A stretch of 32,000 nucleotides of DNA from Endozoicomonas sp. (GTDB lineage: Bacteria; Pseudomonadota; Gammaproteobacteria; Pseudomonadales; Endozoicomonadaceae), in contig NZ_OZ239981.1 of assembly GCF_965196975.1 (NCBI RefSeq), forward strand, positions 366,374-398,373, written 5' to 3'. Of this stretch, positions 29,473-32,000 are shown in pieces; position 1 is the stretch's first letter; every line of letters starts with the position of its first letter. Made by a program: the position numbers and the translations under genes. Under the pieces are notes generated by a model, which was not told the origin of the DNA, searched no databases, and saw nothing but the letters and a program-made list of their open reading frames with translations.

Positions 29473-32000
29473 TTAAATGGTAAACCCGGTGATCAGGTAA
29501 CCCTGTTCCAGCTGATATTTCAGAGCATCTTCCGAACTGCTGCCCTGTAACCAGTCAACACCCGAGAGTTCAATAGTATTGCTCCATTGATGGGCTGTTG
29601 CACTGGCAAGATTCAGGTTAGTGCTGCTGCCATTGGCGTTCAGCTCCATGTAATCATAAGGCTGAGCGCTGGCTTCTGCAGGCAGGAAACCCGTGATATC
29701 GATAACGTCCTCTGCATCGTGGAAATTAAGTACCCGGTCATAAGCGGGTGTTGCTTCACTGCCAGCGTCTTCTTTCAGCCAGTAGAGCGTATCCATTGCA
29801 TGGGTGGTTGGGCTGAGCTCCAGAATATCGTTGCCAGGCCCACCTCTCAGTTTGCTGCCCTCATTGTTGGCATACAGGTGATCATCTCCAGCACCGGCAT
29901 TCACAATGCCATCGCCTTTCAGTTCAGCAGCTGGTGGTGCATACAGGGTGTCTTTTCCTTCGTGGCCAAACTGATGGGAGACGATCAGCTGACCCTGTTC
30001 AACCAGCGAGCTTAAACGTTCTGCGGGATCCATTGCGCTTCCACCCGGCAATAGCGTTTCCAGTGGTATGGTATCCAGTGTAATAACCTCGGAAAGTGCG
30101 GTAATTCGCGCTTTTCCATCCATTTCATCAACAGTGACCAGCTTTGCCAGATCGCTGCTGGACCATACATTGTCGAGGCTAAGTAGCTTGCTTAAATCAA
30201 TCACATCCACGCCGGGCTCGAAGTCCTGAATAGCAGTTGTGCCTGTATCGCCAGCCTCAAAGAGGAACGCATCACGTAGGCCATCACCAGAGCCTGAGTA
30301 CTCTCCCCCCCAGACCGTATTGTTACCTGGGCCGGGGAGCATCTGGTTTTCACCTCTGCCCCCGGAAATGAGGTCATCCCCATTGCCTGCGGAGATCTTC
30401 GGTGCAGTTCCATCGGAGACAATAATATCGTTGTTTGGTGTGCCACTGATGTTTTGGCTTCTTTCAACCACCACAACGTTCAGGGGTATGACATCACTGT
30501 TCTGCTTATCTCCATCACCGACATCAGAAATGGCTTCCACATCCAGGATATATCTCCCAGTTTGATGATCTTTAAGATACAGGTCTTGAAGTTCATTGTT
30601 GACCAGAGCAATACTCGAAGGGCTGGAGGACGGAGTACCTGTTGATGTTCCAGCATGATTAACCAGTGATGCACTGCTGGGAAGTCCCTGAACAAGGGTA
30701 TAGAGCTCAGTACCAACCAGGTTGTTGGCAGCCACAGCTGGATTGACGACTGAAGCCTGAATAAACAGAGGTGCCGGTGTTTCTACAGCGGTGATAATGT
30801 TTTTGCGATCAATCTGCAGCGAGGGTTTGTCGGACTTTGGCGCAATGGTAATGGTGCTGTCCATCACCACTTCAGGCCCATAGGCTGTTATCAGTCCATC
30901 GGTTTTATCCACAGAGCGTACGGCTAAAGACATCAGCAGTGTTCCATGACCATCACCCGGATTAAATTCCAGATTGGGTAATGTAGCATCTGGTGTTTCT
31001 ATGGTTGCGGTGTAACCACCTGAGGTATTGGGAGAGAACGTTGCGGGTGTGATGCCTGGAATGATAAGGCTGGGCTTGATGGCCTCCGGCTCTGGAGGCA
31101 TCAGTGTGGCAGCGCTACCTGGTAAAATCGTAAACGTTGCCTGAAGGCCTTCCGGATGGTCATGGCTGTCCGTAGTTTTAGCATTCAGATGAAAGACGAT
31201 GGGTATGTTTTCATCACCCGTCAGCGATTTGGGAATTTGATCCAGTGTGATTGGGTCACCTACGGGCTGTACCGTAACCTGAAATGCCTGCTCATTACTG
31301 CAAACCGTACTCAAACTCTGTTCGTGGCTGTGGCTGTTCAGGGTCAGTTCAACAACACCACTGAAGTCTTTTACTGGCCTGAATGACAGTGGCTGTATAT
31401 GGCCGGTGTTATCCATCAAATATTCTGGAATCTGCCATTTTCCATTGCCGTTAAAGGGCAGAGGGGTTCCAGAACTGTCCTTGATCACTGCACCGTCAGG
31501 GACACCGGAGAGCACAACAGAGATGACCTCAGAACCATCATTATCGTTCAGTGCAGCAATCAGCCCGGTGATAGGAATATCTGAGTCTTCATAACCTTCC
31601 TGATTTTGTGCAGTCAGGGTTGCACAGTGGTTGACCGGTTTGACAATCAGGTCGATCGATTTGGTAAATACTTTTCTGTCGGTATCTCCCGTTCCCGGAG
31701 CGGTATCCAGTACTTCCACCTCAAGTGGCATGGAATAGGTTCCGGCGGGTAGCCCCGGTCCGGGAGTGAAGGTGAAGCCAGCTATCCGTTGCTCAAACTG
31801 CGCTTCTGTTTCGGATACTTGCCGATAGACCGAGTTGTCTGGTTGAAGTCCATTACCACTGATGACGATATTTTCGGGCGGTTTAAAAACAACTTTTTCG
31901 ATGGTTTCCGAGCCATCAATATCGGTGGTTCTTAACTGCAGATGCATGAGCTCGGGATGATCCGCATCCTTCCACTCATCGGCTTCGGCAGCCGGTTCTG
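29473..32000 (-). CDS. Large T1SS/RTX-type secreted protein, C-terminal part (5' end beyond the window)
   Basis: Repeated Ig/cadherin-like segments (TDIDGSETIEKV, NDNDGSEVISVVLSGVPDGAVI). RTX-like GTPNNDIIVSDG...GNGDDLISGGRG and GDDHLYANNEG...GNDILELSP. C-terminal region has a VIDI/DWLQG pattern. The frame stays open from 31947 to 32000 (...EPAAEADEWKDADHPEL-MHLQL). Confidence 0.82.
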   Translation of the reverse strand, partial: EPAAEADEWKDADHPELMHLQLRTTDIDGSETIEKVVFKPPENIVISGNGLQPDNSVYRQVSETEAQFEQRIAGFTFTPGPGLPAGTYSMPLEVEVLDTAPGTGDTDRKVFTKSIDLIVKPVNHCATLTAQNQEGYEDSDIPITGLIAALNDNDGSEVISVVLSGVPDGAVIKDSSGTPLPFNGNGKWQIPEYLMDNTGHIQPLSFRPVKDFSGVVELTLNSHSHEQSLSTVCSNEQAFQVTVQPVGDPITLDQIPKSLTGDENIPIVFHLNAKTTDSHDHPEGLQATFTILPGSAATLMPPEPEAIKPSLIIPGITPATFSPNTSGGYTATIETPDATLPNLEFNPGDGHGTLLMSLAVRSVDKTDGLITAYGPEVVMDSTITIAPKSDKPSLQIDRKNIITAVETPAPLFIQASVVNPAVAANNLVGTELYTLVQGLPSSASLVNHAGTSTGTPSSSPSSIALVNNELQDLYLKDHQTGRYILDVEAISDVGDGDKQNSDVIPLNVVVVERSQNISGTPNNDIIVSDGTAPKISAGNGDDLISGGRGENQMLPGPGNNTVWGGEYSGSGDGLRDAFLFEAGDTGTTAIQDFEPGVDVIDLSKLLSLDNVWSSSDLAKLVTVDEMDGKARITALSEVITLDTIPLETLLPGGSAMDPAERLSSLVEQGQLIVSHQFGHEGKDTLYAPPAAELKGDGIVNAGAGDDHLYANNEGSKLRGGPGNDILELSPTTHAMDTLYWLKEDAGSEATPAYDRVLNFHDAEDVIDITGFLPAEASAQPYDYMELNANGSSTNLNLASATAHQWSNTIELSGVDWLQGSSSEDALKYQLEQGYLITGFTI

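Overview
The window is a chromosomal segment from a gammaproteobacterium. The gene order resembles Pseudomonas/Oceanospirillales, and Endozoicomonas-like is only a guess. It carries a complete cytochrome c maturation operon (ccmABCDEFG-H-I), then smc-zipA-ligA, a small lysozyme/transglycosylase-like lipoprotein, a quinoprotein-type dehydrogenase with a C-terminal CxxCH motif, a DUF924 lipoprotein, a yheU-trmO pair, a MalY/PatB-type aminotransferase, mnmH (selU), and the C-terminal part of a large RTX/T1SS-type secreted protein that runs off the right edge. I did not find a convincing new multi-gene system. The most interesting signals are mobile-element events that can be read base by base: (1) a single-ORF IS66-family element (1599 bp, 17-bp perfect IRs) nested in the same orientation inside another copy of itself. 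The outer pair of ends has a clean 8-bp TSD (ATCCGGTG), while the inner insertion has no TSD and a 6-bp (two-codon) loss. (2) That outer insertion landed at the stop codon of the dehydrogenase gene and appends 17 IS-encoded residues. (3) An ISKra4-like element (1840-3230, 8-bp TSD TGCAGGTA) splits a gene that, when the element is removed, becomes one in-frame 484-codon ORF. This ORF has features that suggest a papain/NlpC-P60-like effector or toxin. There is also a perfect 25-bp palindrome at 26898-26964 with a degenerate relative near 19211-19314.
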